A stretch of DNA of 64,000 nt from Nitrospirota bacterium. Lineage in GTDB: Bacteria; Nitrospirota; UBA9217. The stretch covers positions 1-64,000 of the forward strand of contig CAVUHW010000028.1 in the NCBI GenBank assembly GCA_963741205.1. The letters run 5' to 3'. Positions 45,701 to 57,467 of this stretch are shown here, in pieces. The position numbers and the translations under genes were made by a program. Positions within the stretch are counted from its first letter, which is position 1. Each line of letters starts with the position of its first letter. Below the pieces are notes generated by a model. It saw only the letters and a list, made by a program, of their open reading frames with translations. It searched no databases and was not told the DNA's origin.

Positions 45701-46578
45701 ATGTCAATTAATTGTAGGGTTTTACGAGTTGTGACAGTGATGGTTTTCGGTGCTCTCTTTATCTTCGCATCGAGCGTTTATGCAGATACTATTTATCTCA
45801 AAGATGGGACGTTGACAAAAAGGGGCGGTCAAGAGCGAAGATGAAAAAACAATATTAATTGAAATCGGCAATACTTGGAAGAGAGTTGATAAAAGCAATA
45901 TTGAAAGCATGACCAAAGATGCAGTCCCCGCAGTTCCTGCAGAACAGCAGGCCGAAACAAACGTCCCGGCTCAACAACCAAGCGCAAAAACGTCTAAAGA
46001 AGTAACAGATTTACGTTTAAAGTTCGGAACTGCTGCGCAGGTAGAAAAAATAATCGAAAACGGCACCTCTTTTGATTTGAATAGTGAGAATCACCGCAAC
46101 ATTCAAATAGATGTTAATACAATAATGTATGGACAGTCGGATATAGGGCTATTACTAAGTGCTGGCCTTTTTGGGAGGCAACATTCCGGCCACGATAAAG
46201 ACGTATCCCAACTTAAAGTCGATTACCGTGCTGGTGGCGTCAGTCTTGGCATTGGTGTGGGGATGAAGGCTAACGAGCATCTGCATTTTGAAGGTAAAGG
46301 AGAACTCGGTTTGGGAGACGGGAAATGCGACGATAAAAGTTCCGGGACCGGGACCAATTAGCATTACAACGGAAAGGGGGGAGTATGTATCATTTTCGTT
46401 CATTGCTGGCGCGTACTATACATTCAGCAAACCAGGTCTTCAAATTGGTTTAGAACTTGGGGCTCAATCATTCAGCGGAAAATTTACAATAAAAGATAAC
46501 ACCGTTAATCAGACCTCCAACGAAGAAGTAAAGGGAACTGGTGGTACTGCAAACTTAGTTGTTGGCTATCGTTTCTAA
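45701..46578 (+). CDS. putative outer-membrane beta-barrel protein (frameshifts)
   Basis: signal peptide, ADTIYLKDG domain, amphipathic strands, terminal VGYRF. Confidence 0.6.
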
Positions 46579-46725
46579 AAGATAAATATAGAATCGAGAC
46601 TCGGAGATTATTGAGCCGCATTTTCAGTAAGTGTCCTTCGGCTTGATTTCAGGTTCTGGCATCACCATAAGAGAGGATACAGGCAAGCGGTCGGTATTAA
46701 ACTACTTAACTCTGAAAAGGAGGAA

Positions 46726-47449
46726 ATGACAATGAGGAAGAGCATTGCATGGGCTGTCATTTGTTTATTGGCTGAAATAGGCTTGACCGCTTGCGGTGGT
46801 AGCGGTGGTGGCGGTGGGAATTCGACGCCTGAACTACGCCTGCTAGGCACTGTCGTTAACCTTAGCCAGATCAAGAATTTCGCGGAAGCAACAACACCAG
46901 GGAGTACAATTTCCTTTACTGTGGCAGGCTCAATCGATACCCACGAAACTGACAGGGTTATTCTCTTTAGCGATCTCTTCGCCATCCATCACATCAACGC
47001 CCACAGGCACACAAACTGTTAATGTGCTGGTGCAAAACGTATCTTTAACGAACCCGAGTACGGGCGCGTCTGTGTCAGCCACGACTACTTACTACTGCTA
47101 TCAAACAGGCTACCTCTATAAAATAGTTCATGATGATGGAACTATATCTACCCCAACCTCTCAGACATTATTACCCTCATCTGCAAAAGTAGGAGATTTC
47201 GGTGACGACATGGTGCTAAGCAACTCCGATGGAACCACTGAAACAAGTACCTGGAGAATAGACCCAGGCACAAATGGAGATGCCATATTCGTCTACTCTT
47301 TCACCGACAGGGATAGCTCTAATGTAGTGACGGAAACATCGGAAGATGCCTATACAATAAAGCCAGATGGGTCGATAACAGCGATATCGACAAAATTCAA
47401 TGATCCGGGGACAGGTAGGTCCGGGATCATGTCCGGCAATAAGAATTAA
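46726..47449 (+). CDS. Ser/Thr-rich lipoprotein (frameshift near 46950-47020)
   Basis: AGGAGG SD, lipobox LTAC followed by GGSGGGGG. Confidence 0.7.
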
Positions 47450-47991
47450 GCAATTATTGCCTATCGGTTTGAGTTACAATCGACTATTTAATGGAAAGGG
47501 ACGGCAAATTGTACCTTCCTATCGAAGCGATTTCACTAAAGAAATTGCGATAACACACACAAAAGGGATTCGAGCCATCGTTATCGCCGCGTCCCTTATC
47601 TTTACCTAGCAGGTCACTGACTCCACATCGCCGTCTTCGGGAACTCGATGATGGTAAAAAGACTTTTTTCAATTCTATCAATCCTGTAAGAAAAGGCCCA
47701 CGGTTGCCCAAGGACGTTATCAACGTATTGCTTGTGTCGGTTCGTGTGTCAGAAGAGGGTTCAAATCAGAGTAAACATCACCACGCTTTTTTCGGCATCT
47801 CTTAGGTATTCTGTCCGACTGTGAATGTATCTGTCAGTACGGGATGATAGCTGGATTATATGTATTGCTCAAGTAATAAAAAAAAGCCCGGAATGTCTTT
47901 GTCCGAGTCTTGTCCGATGAATATTTGTACCATTTGTGTACCAAAAAAAATAAGAAAGCGCCGTAAAGGCTCTGATTCTTTTAAGAATTAT

Positions 47992-48069
47992 TGGCGTCCC
48001 CAGGGGGATTCGAACCCCTGTTATCGCCGTGAAAGGGCGGTGTCCTGGGCCGGGCTAGACGATGGGGAC
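47992..48069 (-). tRNA. tRNA-Glu(TTC)
   Basis: GTCCCCA..TGGGGAC acceptor, loop CTTTCAC, GTTCGAATC, CCA. Confidence 0.95.
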
Positions 48070-48181
48070 GTACTAACATATGAACTCAGAGTTCAAAGTA
48101 AAGTGCAAATTAACAAATCTCTCAGATGCAACTTTCTACTTTGCACTTTTTTCTAACTCTGTACTCTCAACTGTTTTTAAA

Positions 48182-48257
48182 TGGTGAGCCGGCTGGGACT
48201 CGAACCCAGGACACCCGCCTTAAAAGGGCGGTGCTCTACCAACTGAGCTACCGGCCC
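48182..48257 (-). tRNA. tRNA-Lys(TTT)
   Basis: GGGCCGG..CCGGCTC acceptor, CCGCC-CTTTTAA-GGCGG arm, CCA. Confidence 0.95.
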
Positions 48258-48399
48258 ATCGACCTCGATTAAAGACGCGTATATTAACAGAGAATTCCGC
48301 TCTCTGTCAATAGAAAACCAGGCAGGGTCATGCCAGGGGCAAGGGTCACGGAGCTTCAAATCAAAGGCGGTCCAGCCAGTTCTTTGCGAGAAACTCCGA

Positions 48400-49715
48400 T
48401 TACTGTTTTGTCGCCTTCTTCTTGAACGGCTGCTCAAGGATGATGGTCTCGTCCCTGCGCGCGCCGGTCGAGATGATGGCCGGCTTGACCCCGCAGAGCT
48501 TGCAGAGCTTCTCCACGTAGGCCCGGGCCTTTTTCGGCAGGTCGTCGTATTTCCTGACGCCGATGGTGGTCTGCTTCCAGCCGGGCATGGTGATGTACTG
48601 CGGCTCCCTTTTTCCAGCACGGCGAGCTCCGACGGCATCTCTTCGTAGAGTTTCCCCTTGTACTTGTAGCCCACGCAGATCTTGAGCTCGTCGAGGGTGT
48701 CGAGCACGTCGAGCTTGGTGATGGCCGACGCTCGTCATGCCGTTTACGCGCACGGCATGGCGGATGATGAGGGTGTCCGCCCAGCCGCACCGCCGCGGCC
48801 TGCCGGTCGTGGCGCCGTATTCCTTGCCGCGGGCGCGGAGCAGCTCTCCCAGCTCGTTCTCCTGCTCCGTGGGGAAGGGTCCGCTGCCCACGCGGGTGGT
48901 ATAGGCCTTGACGATGCCCATCACCTCGGTGATCGAGTTCGGGCCGATGCCGAGGCCCGTGCAGGCGCCGCCCGCCGTGGGGCTGGACGAGGTCACAAAG
49001 GGATAGGTCCCGTGGTCCACGTCCAGGTGCGTGCCCTGCGCCCCTTCGGCAAGGATCTTTCTTGTTTTTGCCGATCGACTGATTGAGGAACAGCGTGGTA
49101 TCGGCGATATACTTTTTGAGGCGTCTTGGCATATCCCAGGTATTCCTCGTACACCTGGTCCAGGTGCACCACGCGGCGCATTGTAGAAACGTTCGAGCAG
49201 GAAGTTCGCCTCGCCGGTGTTGCTCGCGAGCTTTTCGCGGAACATCGCCGGATCCAGGAGATCGGCCATCCTGATGCCCTTGCGGTTGATCTTGTCGGCA
49301 TAGGCCGGGCCGATGCCGCGGCCCGTGGTCCCGATCTTCTTGTTGCCCTTGAGCTTCTCGCTCGCGACATCGAGCGCCTTGTGGTACGGCATGATCAGAT
49401 GGGCGTTCTTGCTGATCAGGAGGCTGTCGTCGAACTTGATGCCGCGCTTTGGCCATGGCGTCCATTTCTTCGAGGAGCGCGGACGGGATCGATCGACCAC
49501 GCCGTTTCCGATGATGCATTTCTTGCCCCTGTGCAGGATGCCCGGAGGGGACCAGGTGCAGGATGAACTCGTCCATGCCCGACCACGACCGTATGACCGG
49601 CGTTGTGGCCCCCCTGGTAGCGCGCGACGATATCCGCCCGCTCGGTCAGGAGGTCGATGATCTTTCCCTTGCCTTCATCGCCCCACTGGGCGCCGACAAC
49701 GACTAAAACTGGCAT
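48400..49715 (-). CDS. purA: adenylosuccinate synthetase (frameshifts)
   Basis: [46 protein letters not shown]. Confidence 0.96.
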
Positions 49716-49891
49716 TGCAAACTCCTTTATTGGAAATTGCAAATTGGAAATTGACAGATGAACGAATGCTTCATTTCCAATTTCCAATATTGCCTGCACT
49801 GCGCTTCCACACCTGCATTCGCGCTATGCTTCATACGCTGGCCGCACTTCGCTGGTGCAGGCAATTCAATTCATTCCGCCAAAGCGGAATG

Positions 49892-51476
49892 CTATATCTT
49901 GATCTGCTTCACCGACAGCACGTTCGGCAGCTGTCTTGATCTTTGCCATGAGCTCGTCGGACACGACGCTGTCGATGCTTACCACCGACATGGCCAGGCC
50001 GCCCTGCTTCTCGCGGCCGAACTGCATGCGCGCGATGTTGATCGCCGTTCTGGCCGAGGAGCATGCCGATGCCGCCGATAACGCCCGGTTTGTCGTTGTT
50101 CATGAGCACCAGCATGTCGCCCTCGGGCACCGTCTCCATGGGGAAATTGTCCACCTGGATGATGCGCGGCTCTTTCTTGCTGTTCAGCGTGCCCGGAAGC
50201 GGACACGTCCCTGCCGCCCGCCTTGATCCGGAGCGTGACGAGGCTCGTATACTCGGTAGCCCCGGTGGACTTGGACACCTTGACCTCGATGCCCCGGTCC
50301 TTGGCGATGAGCGGCGCGTTCACGTAGTTCACGTTCTCCTGCAGGGTCGGCGTGAGCAGGCCCTTGAGCGCCGCGAGCGTGATCGGCTCCTGTTTGAGGT
50401 TCGCCACCTCCCCGCTGTACTCCACGGTCACCTGGGTGAGGCCGCCCTCGGAGAGCTGGGCGATGAACAGGCCCATGCGCTCCGCAAGGTTGATGTAGGG
50501 AGAGAGCGTCGGGAGCTGGTCCGCGGGCACCGACGGCACGTTCACGGCGTTCCGCACGGTCCCGGCGACGAGGTAATCCACGATCTGCTCGGCCACGGCA
50601 ACGGCCACGTTCTCCTGGGCCTCCCGGGTGGAAGCGCCGAGATGCGGCGTGGCGATAAAGTTGTCGAGGGTCAGGAGCGGATGGTTCTCCGGCGGCTCCT
50701 TCTCGAACACGTCGAAGGCCGCTGCCGCGACCTTGCCGCTCTTCAAGCGCCTCGTAAGAGATCCTGCTCGTTCACGATGCCGCCGCGGGCGCAGTTGATG
50801 ATGCGCACGCCGTCCTTCATCTGGGCGATCGTGTCCTTGTTGATCAGGTTCGCCGTTTCCTTGGTCTTGGGCGTATGGATCGTGATGAAGTCGGACCGCT
50901 TGTAGAGCGTCGGCAGGTCCGCGAGCTCGATGCCGAGGCGACTTCGCCTTTTCCGCGGAGATGAACGGGATCATAGGCCAGGACCTTCATGCCGAGCCCG
51001 ATGGCCCGGTTCGCGACCACGCCGCCGATCGCGCCCAGCCCGACGATCCCCAGGGTCTTGTCGTAGAGCTCGACGCCCTCGAACTTCTTCTTTTCCCACT
51101 TGCCCGCCTTGAGCGAGGCGTAGGACTGGGGGATCATCCGGGCGCAGGCGAAGATCATGCCGATGGTGTGCTCCGCCGTGGTGACCGTGTTGCCGCCGGG
51201 CGTGTTCATCACCACAACGCCCTTCTTGGTGGCCGCCGGGATGTCCACGTTGTCCAGGCCGCTGCCCGCGCGGCCCACGACCTTGAGCTTCGCCGCCTTC
51301 TCGAGCAGCCCCGCCGTGACCTTGGTGGCCGAGCGGATGATCAGCGCGTCGTAGTCGCCGATGATCTTCTCGATCTCCTCGACCGAGGTCTTGCTCCGGG
51401 CGTCCACCTCGAGCCCGGCCTTTTTCAAGATCTCCACCCCGACGGGGGAGAGGTTGTCGCTGATGAGAACCTTCAT
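49892..51476 (-). CDS. serA: D-3-phosphoglycerate dehydrogenase with ASB/ACT domains (frameshifts)
   Basis: GRAGSGLDNVD, NTPGGN, GLGAIG, DVFEKEPP, TPHLGAST.EAQ, N.DKPGVIG. Confidence 0.95.
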
Positions 51477-51498
51477 GATACCTCCTAAATGCAGATGT

Positions 51499-51578
51499 AA
51501 CCACAGATGAACACGGATGGACACAAAATTAAATCCTTAATTCAGCTTTAAATAGCTTTACCGTGTTCATCTGTGGTT
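51499..51578. repeat. 18-bp perfect inverted repeat
   Basis: AACCACAGATGAACACGG (51499-51516) / CCGTGTTCATCTGTGGTT (51561-51578). Confidence 0.8.
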
Positions 51579-51584
51579 AATAAT

Positions 51585-52724
51585 TTATTTCATCAATATT
51601 TCCTGCGCCGCGCCGACGCCCGTACCGAGCTTCACCGGATGGCCCAGGCCCTTCAGGACCATCTCGATGCCGGCAATGGCCGTGATCACGTCGAAGGTAT
51701 CGGCATAGCCCAGGTGCGCGATGCGGAAGATCTTGCCCTTGAGCTTGTCCTGGCCTCCGGCGCCGGTGATGCCGTACTTCACGCGAAGGTCCTTATAGAT
51801 CGCCTGGCCGTCAACGCCCGCGGGCGCTTCAATGGCCGTGAGCGCATTGCTCGGAGCTTTCCTTCGGGAAGAGCTTGAGGCCGAGGGCCGCGGCCCCCGC
51901 GCGGGTCGCCCGGGCGAGACGGTCGTGGCGGCGCAAACACCTTCTCGAGCCCTTCATCCTGGAGCATCTTGATGCAGGAGTTGAGCCCGATGATGAGCGT
52001 CACCGCCGAGGTGAAATTCGTCTGGTTCTTGGCCAGGTTCTCGCGCTCTTTCTTGAAATTGAAATAGAACTTCGGCGTCTTGGCCGTATCGGCCATCTTC
52101 CATGCCTTGTCGGAGACGGACACGAAGGCGAGCCCCGGGCGGAAGCATCACGCCCTTCTGCGAGCCGCCGATCATGACGTCGATGCCCCACTCGTCGGTC
52201 CTGATGTCGTGCGCCACGAGGGCCGAGATCGCATCGACGACAAAGAGCGCGTCGGTCTTCTTGACGACCGCCGCGACGGACTTGACGTCATGGTACACGC
52301 CGGTGGACGTCTCGTTCGCCTGGATGAAGACGGCCTTGATCTTCGGGTTCTTCTTGAGCGCGGCCTCGACCTGCTCGGCCTTCACCGCATGGCCCCACTC
52401 CACGATGAGCTCTTCGACCTTCATGCCGTAGGCCTGGCAGATCTTGGTCCAGCGTTCGCCGAACTTACCGCCGTTGACGACCAGCACGTCGTCGCCGGGG
52501 CTCAGGAAGTTGGTCACCGAGCCGACCATGCCGCCGGTGCCGGTGGAGCAGAGGATGAGCACGTCGTTCTTGGTCTGGTAGAGCCACTGAAGGCCCTTTT
52601 TTGCGGAATCGAGCACCGGAAGGAAATCCGGCGCCCGGTGGTGGATGATCGGCATGGCCATGGCCAGAAGCGCCTCAGGGGGCACCGGGGTCGGGCCAGG
52701 GGCCAGAAGATATTTTTTCTGCAT
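51585..52724 (-). CDS. class V PLP aminotransferase, probable phosphoserine aminotransferase (frameshifts)
   Basis: LAPGPTPVP, NETSTGV, VDAIS, GSQKG.MLPPG, FRIAHLG; upstream of serA. Confidence 0.9.
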
Positions 52725-53029
52725 GGGTATATCCTCCATTAATAAGGGTAAGCGAAAACGCCTGTCAGGTTGTTTATCTGGTACAGCGCTGATATACGTA
52801 ATCGTATTATGCTGAAGAAGATTATAGTCCCGCCGGGGCGGGACCTATGCCCGGGGTTGGCGTGTCGCTGGGATATTGTGGGTGTCTGTGCTGTTTCAAG
52901 AGGTGCTGCCTTTCTTTAGCTTATTCAGGCCAAAAACCATGTGACAGTAGCATAAGCCGATGAAAATTGTCAAGAAAATAGTTCCCCGGAACAGCAAGCT
53001 GCTCCAGGGCATCATGAAGCGAAATAATC

Positions 53030-53425
53030 CTACTTTTGCATGATGTCCATAATCAGGCTTAATGAAACCACGGGGTTCGTGCGGTCATTGGAATACACGC
53101 TGACGTGCTTTTCGAGAGGACCGTTCTTCCCGGTCGTATCAACACTCGCCTTGATCTGCCCGACGGCCCCCGGATCCAGGTGATCCGAACTGATCACCGC
53201 GGCGGTGCACCCTCAGGAGGTCTGGACCCGCTCTATGATCAGCGGTTCCGTGCCCGCATTGCGCACCTCGAAAACATGGGTGGCCTGCGTCCCCTGAACG
53301 ACTTTGCCGAAATCATACTTCCATTCCTTGATCTCGATCTTCGGTGCCTTGGCCTCCTGGGCCGCAATCAGGCCGGCGTAAAGGAAGAAGGCCATGAGAA
53401 TGCTTAACCATGCCATCCTTTTCAT
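53030..53425 (-). CDS. secreted DUF1573-like protein with in-frame UGA, candidate selenoprotein (131 aa)
   Basis: YDFGKV..F.VRNAG.EPLII..VQTS-UGA-GCTAA..L.PG..G.I..DT..K.V.VYSND..NP; frame continues 60 codons to TAG. Confidence 0.8.
53179..53198 (-). promoter_or_regulatory. SECIS-like hairpin
   Basis: GGUGAUC-AGUUCG-GAUCACC starting 14 nt after the UGA; G at loop position 2. Confidence 0.65.
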
Positions 53426-53479
53426 ACGTCAGCTTCCTCTCTGCGAAGATGTTTCACATCCTTCATTTATTCCGCATCC

Positions 53480-54187
53480 TCAAAATCCTATTTTTTTCTG
53501 ATAGATCATGCTGACGAGTTCATCGCGGGAAATAATCCCTTTTTCCACGAGCAGGCTGGTGATTGCGTCGATCCGGACCCTGCAGTCCTGCAGCGCCTGC
53601 TGTGCGGTCTCTTCCTTGGACAGGATTGGCGACTTCGCATCGTTCGTCTCCGATTTCGGCATGCTGAGGTCGCTTCCGCGGATAATTTCCATTTTCCCCT
53701 CCGAGGCATGTTCTCTCTGGTAAAAAGGGTTTAGTGTTTGTTTCCGGACGATTTTCTCGTGGTCGTAGTATGTCCTGATGGCGTCCAGGATCTCGGATTC
53801 CATGGCCAAAGTCGGTTTGATGTTCAGTCCTGTAATGAAGCGGATCTCGTCGATCGCTTTGATGTCAAGAGGATCCGACATGGCTAGCATGAGCATCCCC
53901 TTCTCCCGCCGGGCCGGAACCACGTGATATTTCCTGGCAACCTCGGCTTTGACGAGCTTAATAACGCCTTCGTGGATTTCCGGTTCGAACAGATTGATGT
54001 AGGGGGTCTTAAGTTTTTCGGCAATGACGCGGGCGATGTCCTCCTCCTGCACAAATTCCAGTTCTATCAGGATGGAGCCCAGTTTGCCTCCCCAGTTCCG
54101 CTGATGAGAAAGAGCCGCAGAGAGTTGAAATTCATCGATGAGACCAGCTTCTTTCAGCAATTCGCCGAGTTTCCTGGCCTCTGGCAT
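53480..54187 (-). CDS. stand-alone MshEN/GspE N-terminal domain protein
   Basis: RKLGELLKEAGLI...QL..AL..Q...GGKLG.IL, LAMSDPLD; no ATPase. Confidence 0.82.
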   Translation of the reverse strand: MPEARKLGELLKEAGLIDEFQLSAALSHQRNWGGKLGSILIELEFVQEEDIARVIAEKLKTPYINLFEPEIHEGVIKLVKAEVARKYHVVPARREKGMLMLAMSDPLDIKAIDEIRFITGLNIKPTLAMESEILDAIRTYYDHEKIVRKQTLNPFYQREHASEGKMEIIRGSDLSMPKSETNDAKSPILSKEETAQQALQDCRVRIDAITSLLVEKGIISRDELVSMIYQKKIGF

Positions 54188-54359
54188 GGGTCCGGACCTC
54201 CACCAAAAATCGCGTTCTCGAGCTGATTGTCGGTAATTATATGCTTCGGGAGCGCCGGATGTCAATAAGTATTGGAGGAAAAGAGTAATGGGGGGAGCGT
54301 TCCCCTGAAAAAAATCCGTTGCCGCCATCGAGCTTCGCCACGGTCAATGCCGGATTCGG

Positions 54360-54893
54360 TTAATCACCTTCAAACTCCGTAAGGGTGAAGACCTTGTAGC
54401 CCTTTTCCAGAAGCTTCTTTTTCCCGCCGATGTCCGGCAGATCCACGACAAAGGCCAACTCCACGACGACCGCGCCGAGCTTTTCGACAAGCGCCGCCGC
54501 GGCCAAGGCCGTCCCGCCCGTTGCCAGGAGGTCGTCCACAAGGAGGACCCTCTCGCCTTTTTTCAGGGCGTCCCGGTGAATCTCGATCTTGTCGGTTCCG
54601 TACTCGAGGCAATACTCCTGCGACACGACCTCCGCGGGGAGCTTGCCTTTCTTGCGGATGGGGATGAAGCCTTTGCCGAGGGTATATGCCAGCGCCGATC
54701 CGATGATGAACCCCCTCGACTCGATGCCGACGACCGTATCGAAATCAAAGTCCGCATGGGCATACCGCTGCGTCAGCGTGTCGATGACCAGCCTGAACCC
54801 GACGGGGTCCTTGATGAGCGTGGTTATGTCGCGGAACATGATACCCTTCTTGGGATAATTCGGCACCGTCCTGATCTTTGATTTTATCGGCAT
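54360..54893 (-). CDS. apt: adenine phosphoribosyltransferase
   Basis: PKKGIMFRDIT, ESRGF, RKKGKLP, LEYG, VDDLLATGGT. Confidence 0.96.
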   Translation of the reverse strand: MPIKSKIRTVPNYPKKGIMFRDITTLIKDPVGFRLVIDTLTQRYAHADFDFDTVVGIESRGFIIGSALAYTLGKGFIPIRKKGKLPAEVVSQEYCLEYGTDKIEIHRDALKKGERVLLVDDLLATGGTALAAAALVEKLGAVVVELAFVVDLPDIGGKKKLLEKGYKVFTLTEFEGD

Positions 54894-55488
54894 GATTTCC
54901 TTTCTCCTTCAGCAGACTCGCCCTCTTCGTCACCGCCGTCGCCATACTGGTCCACACCGATACGGTAAAGGTCTTCCCCGTGCACATCATTCACGACGAT
55001 CGCGGGAAAATCCTCGACTTCAAGCCGCATGACAGCCTCGGTCCCGAGTTCCGGATAGGCGACGATCTCGGCCTTCTTGATCGTCTTCGAGATGAGCGCT
55101 CCGGCCCCACCGATGGCTGCGAAATAGACGGCCTTGTATTTAACGATCGCGTCCTTCACGGACTGCCCGCGCGGCCCCTTGCCGATCATTCCCTTGAGGC
55201 CGAGTTCAAGCAAGGCGGGCGTGTACTTGTCCATGCGGTAGCTTGTCGTCGGACCCGCGGAACCGATCGCCCTTCCCGGCGACGCGGGCGTCGGCCCCGT
55301 GTAGTAGAGGATCTGCCCTTCAAGTCGAACGGCGGCTTCTCGCCCTTCTGGCGCCCCTCGACGAGTTGTTTGTGGGCCATGTCCCGGCCCGTGAATATGG
55401 TCCCGGTAATGACGACCCGATCGCCGGCCCTGAGCTTCATAACAACGTCGTCGGTCAAGGGAGGGGTGAGTTTAATGGGATCAGCCAT
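54884..55488 (-). CDS. class I fumarate hydratase beta subunit (frameshift)
   Basis: TGRD.AH, GPTT.YRMD, MIGKG, IGGAGAL, LG.EAV, ND.HG. Confidence 0.9.
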
Positions 55489-55614
55489 GGTCACATGACC
55501 TCGTCATCTCACGAAAGTCATCCAGCGAAGGCATCCTAAGACAATTCTCAATTCGAATAAATTTTATTCCGTGTCAAGTTCGAATGACGAATACGAGGAA
55601 ATTCCGAAATTTCT

Positions 55615-56454
55615 TTACAAAATGATCGTCTTGTGCCTTGCGGCGTGGCAGTTGATGTTCACGGCCACGGGCAGGCTCGCGATGTGGCAGGGAAAGCTTT
55701 CCACGTGCACGGCCATGGCCGTCACTTTCCCCCCCAGGCCTTCAGGGCCGATGCCCGTCTTGTTTACGGCCTTGAGCAGCATTTCCTCGATTGCGGCGAG
55801 CTCCAGCCTGGCGTTCGGGCTGCCGACTGGCCGGAGGAGCGCCTTTTTCGCGATGAGCGCCGCCTTCTCGAAATCGCCGCCGATGCCGACGCCGATCACC
55901 ACCGGAGGACAGGGGTTTGCACCCGCTTTTCGCACGCATTCGAGGACGAAGTCTTTGATCCCCTCCACGCCCTCCGTCGGCCGCAGCATGCGGATCACGC
56001 TCATGTTTTCGCTCCCCGCGCCCTTGGCCATGAACGAGATCTTCAGCTTGTCGCCCGGCACCAGCTCGGTATAAATGATGGCCGGCGTATTGTCGCCGGT
56101 GTTTTTGCGCGTCAGCGGGTCGACGACGGACTTTCTGAGATAGCCCTCTTTATATCCCTTGCGAACGCCTTCGTTGATGGCGTCCACGATAAATCCGTTC
56201 TTGATCCTCAGGTCCTGACCGATCTCGACGAAAAAAATGGCGATACCCGTGTCCTGGCAGACGGGAATGTGCTCTTCGCGGGCGATGCGCGCGTTTTCCT
56301 TGAGGAGCTCGATGATCTCCCTGGCCGCGGGCGCCGTCTCCGTTTCGGTCGCCCGGTCGAACGCCGTCAGAACGTCGTCGCTCACGTTGTATGCCGCATC
56401 GATGCAGATCTGCGCGACGTGGTCGATGATCGCGCTTACATGAATTTCGCGCAT
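55615..56454 (-). CDS. class I fumarate hydratase alpha subunit
   Basis: [30 protein letters not shown]. Confidence 0.92.
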   Translation of the reverse strand: MREIHVSAIIDHVAQICIDAAYNVSDDVLTAFDRATETETAPAAREIIELLKENARIAREEHIPVCQDTGIAIFFVEIGQDLRIKNGFIVDAINEGVRKGYKEGYLRKSVVDPLTRKNTGDNTPAIIYTELVPGDKLKISFMAKGAGSENMSVIRMLRPTEGVEGIKDFVLECVRKAGANPCPPVVIGVGIGGDFEKAALIAKKALLRPVGSPNARLELAAIEEMLLKAVNKTGIGPEGLGGKVTAMAVHVESFPCHIASLPVAVNINCHAARHKTIIL

Positions 56455-57359
56455 CCTGATCTCACCGCCTCAATGGACTTCATGAAAGCCGCCTTTTCTG
56501 CGGCGGTCAGGTTGATCTCGATCACCTGTTCCATGCCTTTCTCGCCGAGTTTCACCGGCACTCCGGCGAACACGTCCCTTACGCCGTACTCTCCTGCGAG
56601 CCAGGCGGAACAGGGAAGGATCTTCTTTTTGTCCAGGAGCACCGCTTCCACCATCTCGAGCGTGGCCGCCGACGGCGCGTAATAGGCGCTCCCGGTCTTT
56701 AAGAGCGCAACGATCTCAGCGCCGCCGTTCCGCGTGCGGTCGACAAGCTTGTTGATCCGGTCCTCGCTCATGAGTTCCGTGATCGGGATCCCGGCCACGG
56801 TCGAGTAACGCGGCAGCGGCACCATCGTGTCGCCGTGCCCGCCCAGGACGAAGGCATGGGTGTTCTCCACGGACACCCCGAGTTCCCCGGCTATGAACGT
56901 CCTGAACCTCGCCGAATCGAGGACACCGCCCATTCCGATCACGCGCTCGCGAGGGAAACCTGCGGCCTTCATCGCCACGAATGCCATCACGTCCATGGGG
57001 TTCGTGACGACGATCATGACGGCCTTCGGGGACCGCCTGCCCGTCTCCGCGGCGACCTTCTTCACGATATCTCCGTTCGCTGCCAGGAGATCGTCGCGGC
57101 TCATGCCCGGCTTTCTCGCCAGGCCGGCCGTGATCACGATGACATCGGACCCGGCCGTTTCCTCATAGTCGTTTGAACCCGTGATCGTTGCGTCGTAGCC
57201 GAGTACGGGCCCTGCTTCCATGAGATCGAGCCCCTTGCCCTGCGGCACGCCCTCAACCACGTCGACGAGAACGACATCCGCGAGCCGGGCCTCGGCGATC
57301 CGTTGCGCGAGCGTCGCCCCTACATTGCCCGCGCCCACAACCGTAACTTTCTTTCTCAC
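56436..57359 (-). CDS. mdh: malate dehydrogenase (LDH-like)
   Basis: [38 protein letters not shown]. Confidence 0.95.
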   Translation of the reverse strand: MRKKVTVVGAGNVGATLAQRIAEARLADVVLVDVVEGVPQGKGLDLMEAGPVLGYDATITGSNDYEETAGSDVIVITAGLARKPGMSRDDLLAANGDIVKKVAAETGRRSPKAVMIVVTNPMDVMAFVAMKAAGFPRERVIGMGGVLDSARFRTFIAGELGVSVENTHAFVLGGHGDTMVPLPRYSTVAGIPITELMSEDRINKLVDRTRNGGAEIVALLKTGSAYYAPSAATLEMVEAVLLDKKKILPCSAWLAGEYGVRDVFAGVPVKLGEKGMEQVIEINLTAAEKAAFMKSIEAVRSGCAKFM

Positions 57360-57379
57360 TCCAACACCTCCAAAGAATG

Positions 57380-57452
57380 GCATAGCGCAGAGCGCATAGA
57401 GCATGGCGTTTAAATCTTTTTCGCTTTGCGCTATGCGCCATGCGCTTTGCGA
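57380..57452. repeat. inverted arrays of degenerate heptamers (GCATAGC/GCTATGC)
   Basis: gcatagcgcagagcgcatagagcatggc ... gctttgcgctatgcgccatgcgctttgc. Confidence 0.75.
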
Positions 57453-57467
57453 TTTCAGCATTGCGCA

